Assembly (NCBI RefSeq): GCF_964194155.1
Contig: NC_135881.1
Span: forward strand, 202,554,001 to 202,618,000
Reading direction: 5' to 3'
Source of the DNA: Cetorhinus maximus
Lineage: Eukaryota
Length of the DNA stretch: 64,000 nt
In this document: one piece after another, positions 12,201 to 22,809 of the stretch
How positions within the stretch are numbered: position 1 is the stretch's first letter
Layout of the letters: every line of letters starts with the position of its first letter
Notes under the pieces: model-generated
What the model saw: only the letters and a program-made list of their open reading frames with translations
Told to the model about the DNA's origin: nothing
Database searches by the model: none
Made by a program: the position numbers and the translations under genes

Positions 12201-14212
12201 TGTGAATGTCAGGTGAAAACAGTAGCAGCTGCTACTGTGATGTCTCCAGATGAACAAACAGCCTGCCAGTGCAAAGACACTTTACCAAACCATTTTACAC
12301 TCGCACATGAGCAAGTTGCTGACTAGGGGAGAGGGAAGGGAAACCATTTTTGGTTGAAGTGTTTTGCTGCAGATGACTCTCACTGGTGCCATTAAGAATT
12401 AAATCACAAATTGAGTTTTTTTAAAATATATAGAAAGGGTAGCACCAGGAAAATGGGGAGTGATGAAAACGCCATCAACTAATTACAGCCAATCATTTTT
12501 CATTCTCAAGTATTGCACCCACGTGACCCTGTTTTTAGATGCACATAATCTGATGTTACAACAGAAATGTTTACCCAGGAATTACTTTATAATTAGGATT
12601 TGAAGTTCCTGTAATTGGATTCTTTGTAAAGAACCTTTGAGATGAGATATTTTGTTTATTGGTCGCCTTTCCACAAGCATGGAAAACCTCTCACACAAAA
12701 GACCTATAAAATGCACTTACATAACAGGTACGTAGCAAATATACAGCTCAAATCCATTTCGAACAAAACATTTCAATAAGGGTTTTACTTCCCATGAGGA
12801 TTTTACTCCCATGCCCTAATTGGTCACCCTCTGGCCTTCCCTTCATATGTTTCCATGGTAGCACAGCTAAGATTGTTAACTCCGTGTCAAACATTTTGGA
12901 ACTGAAATCATGTCTTGGCATAGTTATAATTACCACAAACCAGAGACTACTTCCTCGCTACATGGCAAGGTAGAATTCCTAAAAATATCCACAAAGAGCT
13001 TCTGCTGATTTTACTTTTTTTGACATGAAAAAACATGATGAAAATATCAGTTTTACCTCAATGTCTAGCCATCACAAACCTAGTCTCATCTCCCTATTAA
13101 CTGGATTTAAATGTAAAAGATATTGTTACATCGCTTACTCCCACTAATTGGTTTATTTGCTTACGTTAAAAATGGCCCAAGGTCTAATATTTTACCAGGG
13201 AACTTGAAACATCAAATGATGGAAAGTAAACTAAATGATTAATCTTTCTTACTATTATCTTCTGACTCAGGCACATTGCTTATACAAGGAAACCAGTTCT
13301 GTAGCAAAATGCAAATGTCAAGCTGTTAAATACCATTAGATTATGTAGTGAAACTGATAATCTGCTTTATATCATCAGCAGATTTTAAAATAAAATATAT
13401 ATATTACATATAGTAACAACTCTGGCTGAAAGTACCAGGTGGATCAATATTATTCCCAACTGGCTGTTAAGTGATGAACAGGAATAACCTGGGAATCAGG
13501 GTCCTTCAGGTTTTCCCTCCTCTCCAGGGAAAGCCAGACGCTCATGCGCACAATTCGGAGAGGAAATCAACAAAGAAAGGGCAGGAACTGCAGAAAATCA
13601 AACAGGCAAAACCCACCTAGTACTCCAATGTGCTGCATTGCTATGTTAGCCGGCCTTAAACCGGCCATACATGAGAAAATGTAGAACCACATTGTTAAAA
13701 AAAATACCAGGGATGCCTTTATGGCATGACTTTGGAGGAGAAATTGTTTGATACTTCAGTCTAACAGCATAAGAAATGGGAGCAGGAGCAGGCTATATGG
13801 TTCCTTGATCCAGGTCCGCCATATCATTGCTGATCCTCAACTTAAATTCTACTTTCCCACCCAATCTATCGATGTCAGTCTTGAATATTCTCATTGACTG
13901 AAGCATCCGAATCCCTCTCGGACAGAGAATTCCTAAGATTTACGACCTCCTGAGTGCAGAAATATCACCTCATCGCAGTCAAAAAAGGCTGAACCCTTAA
14001 CACGAAACAATAGTCCCTAGATTTAGACTCTCCAGCCAGGGAAAACAGCATCGATTCCAATAAAGAATCAATATTCTTCAAATTGACACAAAGGAAAGTC
14101 TGAGATATTCGAACACACTCAAACATTTTTTTTTCCCCACTTAACCTTAGTGATATCCTTCATTTTGATTGTTCAGTAATAAAAGGTTTATCTTTAGTCG
14201 GCTCCAACAAAA

Positions 14213-14215
<3 letters not shown>

Positions 14216-14244
<29 letters not shown>
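14216..14244. repeat. (CA)n microsatellite
   Basis: Direct reading. Confidence 0.95.
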
Positions 14245-14374
14245 TTGTATAACATTTTCATTCATGTACTATCCAGCACCCATACATAACTACTTAGTAA
14301 TCTTTCTTAGTTATAGCTATGACTAATGACCATGTACTGTGACCACTTCTTAAAGGTGTAAAGCTTCAACTTAC

Positions 14375-14541
14375 AGCTCTTCTCCTTTTCGGGATTTCTT
14401 ATCCAGTACGAGATAAACCATCCCAAAACTGCCTCTCCCAAGTTTCTCTTGTACCTGGTATCTTCCTGCAATCGGTGACTCAGTGCAGACTGCTGCTAAA
14501 GTGTTTGTAACACTTTTTGTGGCTTCTTGGAACTTAGGCAT
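14375..14541 (-). CDS. NEK11: NIMA-related kinase 11, first coding exon (rest of gene lies left of the window)
   Basis: Reverse translation MPKFQEATKSVTNTLAAVCTESPIAGRYQVQEKLGRGSFGMVYLVLDKKSRKGEE(L) matches recalled human NEK11 N-terminus MLKFQEAAK..RYVLQQKLGSGSFGTVYLVSDKKAKRGEEL. Kinase G-loop GRGSFG. Donor GTAAGT at 14374-14369, acceptor ttgttccAG/cAG near 14631. Syntenic with ASTE1 and ATP2C1. Not in the ORF track. Confidence 0.93.
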
Positions 14542-15794
14542 GTTTCCCCTCTCACTGAGTGTAGATTGACAGCTTTCTTCCAGTATGCTTTATTTTTACG
14601 CTCCCACATATAGAGCCTCCCAAACACCTGCTGGAACAACCAAATGCCAAGCAAGCTCAGTTGACACAGTCAAAGGATTGAATACTTCAAATAGCTCTTA
14701 AAACTAACATAAGTGCTAAATTGATAGAGTAACAATACAAAATCTAATGCTAGAAAATTATTATAACTTGTAGCTAAGAATCGGGAACAGCAAACCATTT
14801 AGGGGATAGAAACTGAATGCACCAATTATTCCATCACTGAATAAGATGAAACAGTTCACAAACGATGAAGTAATTCACAAGTGTAACAGAAATTATATTC
14901 AATGACTTTCAGTGCAGTGTTCTATGAAATCATGTAGATGTTTAAGTTGTGTGTTATTTTTGAAAAAAAATCAGAAATTTTAATTGGACTGTTTCACCTC
15001 AAATGGCAACCATTCTTTTGTGAAGAGAGAAGTAGATTTCTGCAATCCTTAATGTCCAATCTACCCCTTAAACACTAACTGCTATTCTTTACTAATGCAG
15101 GTGTAATGCAACTACCATTAAGCATTAAGATCTACCAGTATAAGAACTGCTAACAGGAAACTCAGTCACAGCACCTCTCAATAGCACAGATTCTGTTTGG
15201 GCTCGAGTTTTCCACCTGTGTTCGGCAGCCTATAACCTTTTGCCCATTAACATGAACCTGGAGTAAAATCGCAATCTGGTGCGCGCAAATCCTCTGCCCA
15301 CCTCTTCACCATCCCCCAAATCCTCCCCTCCACATCTTTCCCCACACATAAATGCCTCCACCCCCCCGAACTGATATGCAATTCATAATTGTTTCTGACG
15401 GTTAAGCACTGCATGTATGACAGCGTGAATAACTGGTGAACAACTGTGGAAAAAAGTGCAGTGCGAGTATGTGCAGCAGCCACTTACTAAGGTGTGTTGG
15501 GATGATTTGTATTAGGCAATTTTATATTAACTGTGGCTGATGATAGGTCCTCGAATTGAAACATTAACTCTGTTTCTCTCTCTGCAGATGTTTCCAGACC
15601 TGCTGAGTATTTCCGTTATTTGCTGTTTCTTTCAGAATTCCAGCATCCGCTCTCATGCCTGTGACTCCTCGCTCCAAATCTATTGTGGAGATGGTAGACA
15701 GAAAACAGATCCTTGTGCGACCCCAGCGGTAACACCCTCGCCAGCTGTTCCTGTACGATACCTCTAAATTCTATAAGATAAACAATTGCGTATT

Positions 15795-16930
15795 ATAGGA
15801 ACAGGAGGAGACCATTTAGCCCCTCAAACCTGCCCCATCCTTCAATGCCATCATAGCTGATCTGTGACCCAACTCTACGTACCTCCCTTTATCCCATATC
15901 CCTTTAATACCTTTGGATAACAAAAATCTCTCAATCTCAGTTCTAAAATTAACGATTGATCCGGCATCAATTGCCGTTTGAAACAGAGAATTCCAAATTT
16001 CCACTACTTTTTGCATAAAGAAATGGCTCCTGATCTCAGTCCTCAAAGGTCTGGCTCTAATTTTTAAGAATATTCCACCCTAGCCCTAGATTCCTCAGCC
16101 AGTTGGGAATAATTCCTTTCTATCTACCCATTGTATCCAATGAAAAATATTTCCACTGATTCTGGAACATTTTCTGGTATATTTCTGGTATGTACCAGCC
16201 TTTCCATTGGAACTGTTATCAAACGCCTTCCTGAAATCCAAGTACACCACATCCACTGCCTTACCTTATCCATCTCCTTTGTCACGCCCTCAAGGAAAGC
16301 TAGTAATTAATAATTGCAAGAGCGTCCCTTCACAAACCTTTATTGACTAGCTTTTTAGATCTGATTTCTAGCAAGAAGCTCCATAGTTAGATCTTTAATA
16401 AAAGTTTTCATAACTTTACTCATAATGGACATCAAACTCTGTAGTTCCCTGGACCGCATATATCACAGAATCACAGAATTGTTACAGCACAGAAGGAGGC
16501 CATTTGGCCCATCGTGTCTGTGCTGGTTCTCCGTAGGAGCAATACACCTAGTGTCACCCCCCTCCTTTCTCCCTGTAGCTCTGCACATTCTTCCATTTTA
16601 GATATCAAATAAATTCCCTCTTGAATGCCGTGATTAAACCTGCCTCCACCATATTGTCAGGTAGTGCATTCCAGGCCCTAACCCCTTGTTGTGTCAAAAT
16701 GTTTTTCCTTATACCACCATTGCATCTTTTGCCAATTACCATAAATTTGTGTCCCTCTGGTTCTCAATCCTCCCATCAATGTGAACCATGGTCTACTCTG
16801 TCCAGTACCCCCTATCAAACCTCCTTTCAACCTTCTCTTCTCCAAGGAAAATAGTCCCAACTTCTCCAATCCATCTACATAACTGAAGTTGCCCATCCCT
16901 ACAATTCTCATGAATCTTTTCTGCATTCAT
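15795..16930 (-). mobile_element. CR1 LINE 3' fragments
   Basis: Minus ORFs FFMQKVVEIWNSL and LEKLGLFSLEKRRLKGGLI are the CR1 ORF2 C-terminus. Confidence 0.75.
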
Positions 16931-18031
16931 ACATATATATATTTTGAACAATAACAATGTTTGCCTCTCTGCTGTCACCAGACAACTTGCAGTGCTAAGC
17001 AAAATACTGCTGATACTGGAGATCTAAAACAAAAAGGAAAAATAGGTGGTGGCATGGTGGTATTATCACTGGAGGATTCCAGCAACCAGGGTAATACTCT
17101 AGGAACCTAGGTTCAAATCCCATGATAGCAAATCGTGAAATTAGAATTTAAAAGTCTAATGATGATCAGGAAGCCATTACTAATGCCCTTTAGGAGATGA
17201 AATCTGCTGTTATTGCCTTGTATGACCCACAGCAACATGGTTGACTCTTAAATGCTGGACTAGCCAGTCATGCCCACATCCCATGAAGAAACAGAGTTAA
17301 TGTTTTTTTTTCTTTACAAATGCTGCCAGACCGGCTGAGTATTATCAGTATTTTCCTTTTTTTTTTGCAAAGGTTCGATGGCTTTTGGAGGATTTATGGC
17401 AGGTTTCATGCAATTTCTTCCATTACTTCATTAAGAATCCTCGGGTGTATCTTACCTGGTCCCTGATATTAATTCACCTTTAGTTATCACAGCTAATTGG
17501 CTGGCGGAATGTGAATAATTTACCTTTGCGACTCCCTCTAGGCTCCCCACTTTCCAAATCAAGTGCTTGTCTCTTTGGTTTAAAAAAGGGCAATAAAACT
17601 TATTTAGCATTGGTTGCCCGGGCCTCAACCGATCAGACTCTGACTTCATTGATCTCATGTCAATAATTGGCCTTGAATTTGAATATTGCAATCAAGACAT
17701 ATTTAATTAACTGCAACTACTTTTTTTTCCCCCCAGGAAATACTCTAAGCGCACAAACGGTGTGTTTTAACACTGGGTGTCAGCTTTGCAAACTGTTGCA
17801 TTGTAACTCAAGCTCTGTGAAAACTCAATGAGACCCAGCTCTGTGGGAGCGACAGGTCCGGCTTGGAGTCCCACTTAAGGTCACAGGTATCCCAACAACT
17901 GCAGCTCTGGTGTGGAACAAAACCAAACACCACAGCTTGGCTGAGTTGAGAGATGTGTGATAGTTTCGGATGAATTGGGGGGGGGGGGGAGGAGAGGAAT
18001 ACATCTAAAGAAACAGGTTGGTAGCCGCACA

Positions 18032-19274
18032 AAAACAGAAATACCTGGAAAAACTCAGCAGGTCTGGCAGCATCGGCGGAGAAGAGCAAAGTTGACATTT
18101 CGAGTCCTCGTGACCCTTCAACAGAACTAAGTAGAAATAGGAAAGGGGTGAAATATAAGCTGGTTTAAGGCGGGTCGGGGGGGAAGAATGGGGGGGTGTT
18201 GTTTGGGACAAGCAAGCAGTGATAGGAGGAGATAGCCAAAAGATGTCACAGACAAAAGAACAAAGAGGTGTTGAAGGTGGTGATATTATCTAAAAGAATG
18301 TGCTAATTAAGAGTGGAGAGCAGAACAAGCAAGGTAGCTCTAGTGGGGGTGGGGTGAAATAAACCATGGGTGGAATACATTTAAAAATAATGGAAATAGG
18401 TGGGAAAAGAAAAATCTATATAAATATTGGAAAAAACAAAAGGAAGGGGGAAGAAACGGAAAGGGGGTGGGGATGGAGGAGGGAGTTCAAGATCTAAAGT
18501 TGTTGAACTCAATATTCAGTCCAGAAGGCTGTAAAGTACCTAGTCGGAAGATGAGGTGCTGTTCCTCCAGTTTGCGTTGAGCTTCACTGGAACGATGCAG
18601 CAAGCCAAGGACAGACATGTGGGCAAGAGAGCAGGGTGGAGTGTTAAAATGGCAAGCGACAGGGAGGTCTGGGTAATGCTTGCGGACAGACAGAAGGTGT
18701 TCTGCAAAGCGGTCACCCAGTCTGCGTTTGGTCTCTCCAATGTAGAGGAAACCGCATTGGGAGCAACGAATGCAATAGACTAAATTGAGGGAAATGCAAG
18801 TGAAATGCTGCTTCACTTGAAAGGAATGTTTGGGCCCTTGGACGGTGAGGAGAGAGGAAGTGAAGAGCCAGGTGTTGCATATTTTGCGTTTGCATGGGGA
18901 GGTGCCGTAGGTGGGGGTTGAGGAGTAGGGGGTGATGGAGGAGTGGACCAGGGTGTCACGGAGGGAACGAACCCTACAGAATGCCGCCAGTGGGGGTGAA
19001 GGGAAGATATGTTTGGTAGTGGCATCATGCTGGAGTTGGCGGAAATGGCGGAGGATGATCCTTTGAATGCAGAGGCTGGTGGGGTGATAAGTGAGGACAA
19101 GGGGGACCCTATCATGTTTCTGGGAGGGAGGAGAAGGCGTGAGGGAGGATGCGCGGGAGATGGGCCGGACACGGTTGAGGGCCCTGTCAACGACCGTGGA
19201 TGGAAAACCTCGGTTAAGGAAGAAGGAGGACATGTCAGAGAAGCTGTTTTTGAAGGTAGCATCATCAGAACAGA
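18032..19274 (-). mobile_element. Penelope-like retroelement (GIY-YIG endonuclease C-terminus plus 3' terminus), 5'-truncated, with TSD
   Basis: ORF 18487-19371 contains NLVYCIRCSQCGFLYIGETKRRLGDRFAEH..PVACHFN..RKLEEQHLIFRLGTLQPSGLN. 13-bp TSD TGGTAGCCGCACA at 18019-18031 and 19275-19287. Confidence 0.9.
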
Positions 19275-19545
19275 TGGTAGCCGCACAGTTGCAGCAATGA
19301 GGAAGACTGGAAAAGGGAGGCGTTTCAATAGGAGATTCTGCGTTTCTCATTCCTATGCACAGACAGCGCAAAAAAAAAGGATTAAACTACTTTGCAAACT
19401 ATGGCAACATCATACACAATGCAATCCACAGGGGTCCCCAAGCCAGCCCTAAAGAAGTGAAGTCAAAGTTGTTCTGCTAGCAACAAGGGTCAGGCAAAGC
19501 CTGCGACAAGTGTTGTAGGAAGCCAGGCACACGTGCCACACTCAC

Positions 19546-19800
19546 CTGCCCAGGTAACAGACAAAGTGATACAGTGAGGAACAGGCTCGCTGTTTAAATT
19601 AACAACTGCAATCAAGCTCTTTAACTATATCTCTCTCTCTCTCTCTATGCAATAGTTTTAATGCAATAAATTCTATAAAATAACATTATGCAATAAATTC
19701 CACGCAGTAGATTTTCTGCAATGCACCTTTGTTTACCCGCTGGCGGATCCCCGGGGGAGGGAGGCGGGTTTTAGCGTCCCGGTTGCTCCGCAACGGCTCG
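19546..19800 (-). other. NEK11: Probable NEK11 non-coding exon 1
   Basis: Strong donor CAG/GTGAGT at 19546/19545 downstream of the CpG-rich promoter; weaker alternative donor near 19737. TSS not determinable. Confidence 0.4.
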
Positions 19801-19925
19801 GGGCATGCCGGGAATCCTTCCCCCGTGAACAGATAGGGCAGTTTCGCAGTGACGTCACTGCAATGGCGGCCGCCACCGGAATCAGCTTCAGCCAGTGTCT
19901 TTCCCGCCTGGATCCCTGGAGCAGA
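19735..19925. promoter_or_regulatory. CpG-rich (probably bidirectional NEK11/ASTE1) promoter with RFX X-box, palindromic CRE and YY1-like site
   Basis: GTTGCTCCGCAAC (19782-19794), GCAGTGACGTCACTGC (19846-19861) and AATGGCGGC (19862-19870) in a local CpG cluster. A + strand donor CCG/GTAAGA lies at 20292/20293. Confidence 0.65.
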
Positions 19926-20491
19926 GTCAGACTGGTTACACACTTGATCTTGATCAGATTAAATCCTGGATCCTTGCAACAATATTTATACCCAGACATC
20001 CTAACTCTACAATTTCTGCCTGAATAGAGAAGAGACTTTTTGAAAATTGAACCTTTATTTGATGCACTTTTTAAAAGAGAGATTATATATATATATGTAT
20101 ATATACACACACATATACCCTGAAAGCTGTTTCGATAAATGATTAAAAAATGTTTCAATATCTCGGCCCTTGAATCTATGGAAAAGTGTTGGGCTGTTTT
20201 CAGTCGGAACTGTTGTTTCGAGTATTTGCCTTCCGGCCTGACACTGCCGAGGACAAGGGGAGGGTTTCACTTTTGAAAGGCTTGTGTTCCCGGTAAGACT
20301 TGTTGCTTTTTTTGTTTAAAACTGTGGATCGCGGGAGGTGGAGTCATTTTAGATCCTCGATTCGTTGAGACCAATAAGGCAACTTTCACATAGTTCAGTG
20401 CCTTCAACGTCTCACGGTTAGGATAACTTTTTGCCCATCCTAGCCAACTCAAGAGGGAGGCGGTGGTGTATGGTCCCTGGACTAATACTCC

Positions 20492-20822
20492 CAAGTAAGG
20501 TAAAAAAAAGCAAAATACTGCGGATGCTGGAAATCTGAAACAAAAACAAAAATAGCTGGAAAAACTCAGCAGTTCTGACAGCATCTGCGGAGAGGAAGTC
20601 AGAGTTAACATTTCGAGTCTGTCTGACTCTTCATCAGAACTAAAGAGAAATAGATTTGAGGTGAGATATAAGCTGTTTAAGGGGTGGGGGGGGGTGGTGG
20701 GACAGGTGAAGCTGTCCGCTGATAGGTGGAGGCAAAGGAGAGATTGCCAAAGATGTCATAGACAAAAGGTCAAAGGGGTGTTGACTGTGGTGATATTGGC
20801 TAAAGGATGTGCTAATGGTGAC
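20492..20822 (-). mobile_element. Penelope 3' terminal fragment inserted into a tRNA-SINE
   Basis: Similar to 18032-18310. AATACTCC direct repeat at 20484-20491 and 20823-20830, and the SINE continues on both sides. Confidence 0.7.
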
Positions 20823-21754
20823 AATACTCCAAATACCCTGGGTGCCCATGTTCAAAGCTCACCATAACAGAAGATGAAACTTGAATTTAAGATGCAAAAA
20901 AAATTGGCAAAATCTCCTCTGGTTCACTTTAGAGACGGGAATATGTGACTCTTAAATGCTTAATAGCCCAGCCCAACAAAAATCTTTCAACCTTTGATCA
21001 CCACAATATTAACCTTGCACCTCGCTGCACATTGGTCTCGTCAGCAGTTTCGCAATGTCAAATTATTTGTTTATCGATTTCAGTGATTTGGTGGGAAGGG
21101 GGGCATTCTGCATTTCATTTTTATTTAACTGAACTTTAGCTTTTGAACTGATAAGCATGAACCAGCTGCTTTATTTTCAATTCATTGTCTAACTGGAACA
21201 CTCTACATCAAACAAGCACAACATCTGCGGGCCGACAAATAGCTTGGGTTTTCCTTGGCGGGCTGGCACCACAAGGTACAGCTTTCATTCCCGACCTTAA
21301 AATACCGCTGTCGTGGAAACGGAAAATGCTGGAAATACTCAGCAGGTTTGGCAGCATTGGTGGAGCGAGAAGCAGAGTTAATGAGAAACCACCACGTTCA
21401 GTAATTACTCTTTGCTGCTTCATTTGTTTATTTTTGTTTTCTGTTGTGTGGCAGTTTAATGCCACCTTCCCAGATGTTTTTGACTAAAAACAAATCTCCA
21501 GCCTTCAAACTGCACCTGCCCAATAGAAGAGGAAGCTGGGGAAGAGTAATCTTAAATTTGGGAGTGATATACTCTTGCCAAAAGAACAATCTTAAACAAA
21601 GTTATTTACATAGATATGAAGGGGGAGGCTGGCTAAGGTTGATTGAGCACATAGACCAAAAAAAAAGGTATTGGCTGTGAATGAACAGTGGGGAACATTT
21701 TTTTTAAATCAAAATGTTCAACAACAAAAACATGTTCTGTTAAAAATTAACCCA

Positions 21755-21830
21755 GAGGCAGGGGCGGGGTGATTCCGGAAGTGACGTTGCGGTGCCAGTG
21801 ACGTTTCTGGGCACCGTTGATTGGCTGGTT
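21755..21830 (+). promoter_or_regulatory. TATA-less housekeeping promoter of HSCB
   Basis: GC box GGGGCGGGG (21761-21769), ETS-CRE composite CCGGAAGTGACG (21775-21786), second TGACG near 21799, inverted CCAAT ATTGG (21820-21824), directly upstream of the ATG. Confidence 0.7.
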
Positions 21831-21836
21831 TGAACG

Positions 21837-22724
21837 ATGCTGCGCGGGCTGCTGTTGCTGCGCGCGGCTCCAACCGCCGCCCGGATCGGAGCGGGGATCC
21901 CGCTCCCCCCGCCGCTTCCCGGGGCGGGGATCCCGCTCCCTCCTCCACCGCCGCCCTGGGCGGGGATCCCGCTCCCGCCGCCGCCGCCTGGGGCGGGGAT
22001 CCCGCTCCCTCCGGCCGCCGGGAGACGGTGTGAGCTGTGGGCCGGGCCCAGGCCCGGGCTCTACCCGCTCCGCGTCCCCGGCCGCCGCGCTCTGTGTACC
22101 GGGGGGGCCAGAGGCTGCTGGCGGTGCGGGGCGGCCCTGGTGGAGCCCTCGGACTTTTTCTGCCCATCCTGCCGGGCCCTGCAGCCCCCGGACCCGACCC
22201 GCGACTACTTCCAGCTGCTGGGCCTCCCGCGCCGCTTCCGCCTGGAGCCCGAGCGGCTCCGGCGCTGCCAGCGCCGCCTCCAGCGGGACCTGCACCCGGA
22301 CAACTTCAGCCGCAGCTCCGAGGCCGAGCGCCGCTTCTCGGAGGAGCAGTCGGCGCTGGTCAACGAGGCCCTCGGGACTCTGCTGAAGCCCCTGACCCGG
22401 GGCCTCTACCTGCTGCGGCTGGAGCTGCCGGGCGAGGCCGGGGTCGAGCAGGAGGAGGAGGCGGGCGGCGGGGTTCCCGGCGGCGGGGACCCCGCCTTCC
22501 TCGCCACCGTCCTCCAGCTCAACGAGCAGCTGGAGGAGGCCCGGAGCCAGGAGGAGATCCGCCGGGTGGCCGAGGAGGTGGAGGCCCGGCTCCAGGAGCT
22601 GACCGAGGAGGTGGCCCGGGCCTTCGAGCAGGGCCGCCCGCGGGAAGCCCGCCCGCTGCTGCGCCAGATGCGATTTTGGAGCAGCGTCGGCGAGCGGGTG
22701 AAGGAGCGGCTGCTGCCCCGCTGA
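21837..22724 (+). CDS. HSCB: Iron-sulfur cluster co-chaperone HscB/Hsc20, mitochondrial, intronless, 295 aa
   Basis: Arg/Leu-rich N-terminus, [23 protein letters not shown] tetracysteine motif, J-domain with [16 protein letters not shown] and C-terminal scaffold-binding domain (MRFW). Collinear with recalled human HSCB and uninterrupted. Confidence 0.93.
   Translation: MLRGLLLLRAAPTAARIGAGIPLPPPLPGAGIPLPPPPPPWAGIPLPPPPPGAGIPLPPAAGRRCELWAGPRPGLYPLRVPGRRALCTGGARGCWRCGAALVEPSDFFCPSCRALQPPDPTRDYFQLLGLPRRFRLEPERLRRCQRRLQRDLHPDNFSRSSEAERRFSEEQSALVNEALGTLLKPLTRGLYLLRLELPGEAGVEQEEEAGGGVPGGGDPAFLATVLQLNEQLEEARSQEEIRRVAEEVEARLQELTEEVARAFEQGRPREARPLLRQMRFWSSVGERVKERLLPR
21891..22012 (+). repeat. Coding minisatellite, 4 units of 33-36 bp (AGIPLPPP..)
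   Basis: Core GCGGGGATCCCGCTCCC at 21891, 21924, 21960 and 21993; spacings 33, 36 and 33 preserve frame. Confidence 0.9.
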
Positions 22725-22809
22725 TGGTGGCGGGGGGGGGGGGGGGGGGAGGAGAGAGAGAGAGCGAGGTAAAGTATCAGGGGTATCACATAACTGGGGG
22801 GGGGGGGGG

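Noticed and set aside
21837-22724. HSCB as bacterial contamination or horizontal transfer
   Set aside because: It has a mitochondrial-type presequence, vertebrate-like [14 protein letters not shown] sequence and a Pol II promoter, and is contiguous with host repeats.
22722-22726. TGATG stop-start overlap at the HSCB end as coupled re-initiation into ASTE1
   Set aside because: After the proposed splice this ATG is out of frame with ASTE1, and the ASTE1 frame is closed by TGA at 26238-26240 regardless of G-run length.
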